The notes beneath the pieces were generated by a model. That model was not told the origin of the DNA. It ran no database searches and saw nothing but the letters and a program-made list of their open reading frames with translations. A stretch of DNA of 64,000 nucleotides from Lobosporangium transversale (taxonomy: Eukaryota): NCBI RefSeq assembly GCF_002105155.1, contig NW_019029004.1, positions 310,001 through 374,000 of the forward strand. Direction: 5' to 3'. The translations under genes and the position numbers were made by a program. Of the stretch, positions 61,780 to 64,000 are shown in pieces. Position 1 is the first letter of the stretch. Every line of letters begins with the position of its first letter.

Positions 61780-62941
61780 CGTGGGTCCTTGTTTTAAAAA
61801 AAATTCAGGGGCCGCGAGGCTGATAAAGATACGCGAGTCACCTATTGATAACACAACTCCACGTGTTCTCTCTTCGGACGGGTCCATGATAAAGGCTGGT
61901 TCTGCCGATGTCACTATGGCTTTCGGTGTCTTTGACAGATCTCAAGAGGTGGTTACCACAGTACACTTCGTCTTCCAAAGTGGAGCGTATGGGTCTGCTT
62001 GCTGCTATCCTCCCTGCTCCCCCTAGTCAAGATATTTGCGTGGAGCTCGACAACCAGGCAATTGTGATCCAATATCAACAGCTTGTCGAATCTCGGCACC
62101 ATACGTTGCCTAGTAAACGTCTTCGATGTAACTATGCTGGGCTTTGAGCAGTAGTTTACCAACTCATCAACGGTAGACCAGTTTTAGTTAAGGTAAAGTG
62201 GGTCCGTAGTCATAGTAACAGCGCTGGCAATGTGTTTGCTGATATGGTGAGTACTAGAGCAGCTAGGGTGGCTTCCGCATCTTGGAAAGTCGATCTCAGC
62301 ACTCAATCTGGGACCCAACACTGTACGCTTTCAAGGCCAATTGGCTGAGTAAGACCTTCGTCAACTTCTCAAGTAATAAACCACCATCCGATGGCATCAA
62401 GCATGGACAGCCCAACGACGCACAATAAAGAGCGATCTGTGACCATGATGATGTGGAGTGGCGATCAACGCTGGGCCATATCCATAATAAACGCCCTGTG
62501 CACTCTTTCTACAGTAATGCCAAGGATACTGCAGCCCGGTGCCACCATACCAAGAAGCTACATGGTATGCTACCTACCCTCAATGTTATACAAGCTAGAA
62601 AACCCTTCTTTACCCAGATCGAGTTTGCTGTGTCGGTGAGGCTGAAGACGAAGACAACAGCTATGTATGGACTTGTAGTGCCCTTGGTGAGGCCCACAAT
62701 AACATTTGGGAGAAGGCTCTGTCGCGCATAGATCGCTAGGGCCGTGCAGCCACTACCAAATACAACAAGGGCCACAAGAACACGAACCTGAGGTGGGTCA
62801 ACCTTGATCGAGACTTGCATTTATAAGAACCTTCATGCATCAGTGGAGTATGTGCGATTTTAAGCACAGACAACAGAATCGACCGTGCTTCCTTCCTCGT
62901 GGATCCACGTTATCTAAAAAAAAAAAAAAAAAAAAAAAAAA
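61780..62941 (+). mobile_element. Second, more degenerate non-LTR retrotransposon fragment (RNase H and 3' region) ending in poly(A)
   Basis: SSDGSMIKAG...MAFGV, KVERMGLLAAI, ELDNQAIV, VKWVRSHSNSAGNVFAD, VEWRSTL...KKLHGMLPTL parallel the first copy. A-tract 62916-62941. Confidence 0.75.
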
Positions 62942-63354
62942 CACGCATTTTATACTAATTATACTCTGTTTATTACAAGCATTATGAGAATGATCTTATG
63001 ACCTGCAGTCTCTTTCCAAAGAAAAACCAATTAAGTTATGAAGATTAGTGTGGAGGAGGAACATGGATAAAGTTTTTTTTTTTTTTTTTTTTTTTTTTTT
63101 GTTTTGATAACAAGGACCCTCAAGTTAAGAATCAACAAGTCCATCCATACTTTCTCATCCCAAATCCTAATGATATTGTGGGCCCTCGTTATCAAATATT
63201 TATGCGCCATCATTCTCTGGCCCTTTACATCTCTCTTTTTTTTGTGCACGGAATACTCGCTGTCTCTTCGAGCTGTAGAGCTTTATTATGAAGATAAATT
63301 TTGGAGAGAGGAAAGAAGAGTATGATCCGGCAAGCATCTAAGTTCGAACAGCGA

Positions 63355-64000
63355 TCATTCAGAATCAGATAGATCAACAAATCGCTGTTTTTTGTTGGCG
63401 TGATCCTTCTTATTTGGATCTGGTAGTTGTGAGGAAGAGGAGGAAGAGAAGGGAGAGGCCGCTAATGTAAGAGATTGGGTATCAGCGTTGGAAATCGCTC
63501 TTTGATCTTTACAGTTTCCGGGCCGTGGAGGCGCCTTTAACGTTGCGACCGATGCCAGTGTAGACAAAATAGGATCGTTTGCAGTCAACCTACGCTGTTT
63601 CCCTTTTTCAGTAGACGTCGCAGGAAGGATACGGGCTATTTGGGATACCGTGTTCGACTGCGTGGGGTTCCTTGACCCAGCTCCTCCTATCACTGATTGC
63701 TCTGCTGATGCGGATGCAGCGCGATTTCGTGCATTTCTTGCCTCCACCATATTTTTTGCACGCTGTTCACTCAAAGACAAAAGACGCTCACCTTCATTGT
63801 CGCTTCCATCGTCCAAATCAACCCATTTCTTAGCAGCTCCACTTCCTGGTGCGGCTGGCACTGGCTGTCGTGTCCCAAAAAATACATCTCCCTTGATTTC
63901 CCGGCCTCCATTGTTCTTGCTATCTAGTGCCGCCAATGCTGCTTTACTGCTCCTAGGCAAGGCGATGGGTCTTGTTGTTCCCTTGACATCAATAGTACGT
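63355..64000 (-). CDS. C-terminal part of an uncharacterised low-complexity protein; 5' end outside window
   Basis: Frame is open to the window edge (RTIDVKGTTRPIALPRSS...), more than 200 aa, ending KKQRFVDLSDSE*. Confidence 0.6.
   Translation of the reverse strand, partial: RTIDVKGTTRPIALPRSSKAALAALDSKNNGGREIKGDVFFGTRQPVPAAPGSGAAKKWVDLDDGSDNEGERLLSLSEQRAKNMVEARNARNRAASASAEQSVIGGAGSRNPTQSNTVSQIARILPATSTEKGKQRRLTANDPILSTLASVATLKAPPRPGNCKDQRAISNADTQSLTLAASPFSSSSSSQLPDPNKKDHANKKQRFVDLSDSE

Noticed and set aside
58406..62956. Possible target-site duplication around both LINE relics (cacattctataact 58406-58419 versus cacgcattttatact 62942-62956)
   Set aside because: Needs indels and a mismatch in AT-rich sequence; too weak to call.
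1..64000. CRISPR arrays, rRNA genes, prokaryotic operons
   Set aside because: None seen; the sequence is spliceosomal-intron-rich eukaryotic DNA.

Overview
Gene-dense, intron-rich fungal nuclear DNA. The short AT-rich introns with poly-A/poly-T tracts and the gene content suggest an early-diverging fungus, probably Mortierellaceae-like; this is inferred, not database-confirmed. Genes in order: the 3' end of a UVR-motif protein, cytosolic methionyl-tRNA synthetase with a C-terminal WHEP domain, RPN10, IPP1, a roughly 1,900-aa tandem-CH/spectrin-like rod protein, an unknown Ser-rich protein, WDR61/SKI8, MPP alpha, a Sec2/Rabin8-like Rab GEF, DDB1, an intronless bacterial-looking GNAT, a class-3 lipase, BLOC1S1 (absent from the ORF track), a spliced gene with two in-frame stops, SNU13, an Spp1/Cfp1-like PHD protein with a very long Q/H-rich N-terminus, TIM17, a two-RRM protein, tRNA-Arg(CCT), two tandem RNase H-bearing non-LTR retrotransposon relics and a partial CDS. 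Most notable: LINE relics just upstream of the tRNA gene (possible tRNA-targeted insertion), a roughly 636-bp foldback with a 78-bp perfect core, the stop-interrupted gene whose ATG and first donor lie in a 12-bp hairpin, a candidate horizontally acquired GNAT, and an unexplained 6.65-7.16 kb segment that may be a structured ncRNA or a decayed RT. Gene models were built by eye from splice signals and remembered family motifs; no searches were run.
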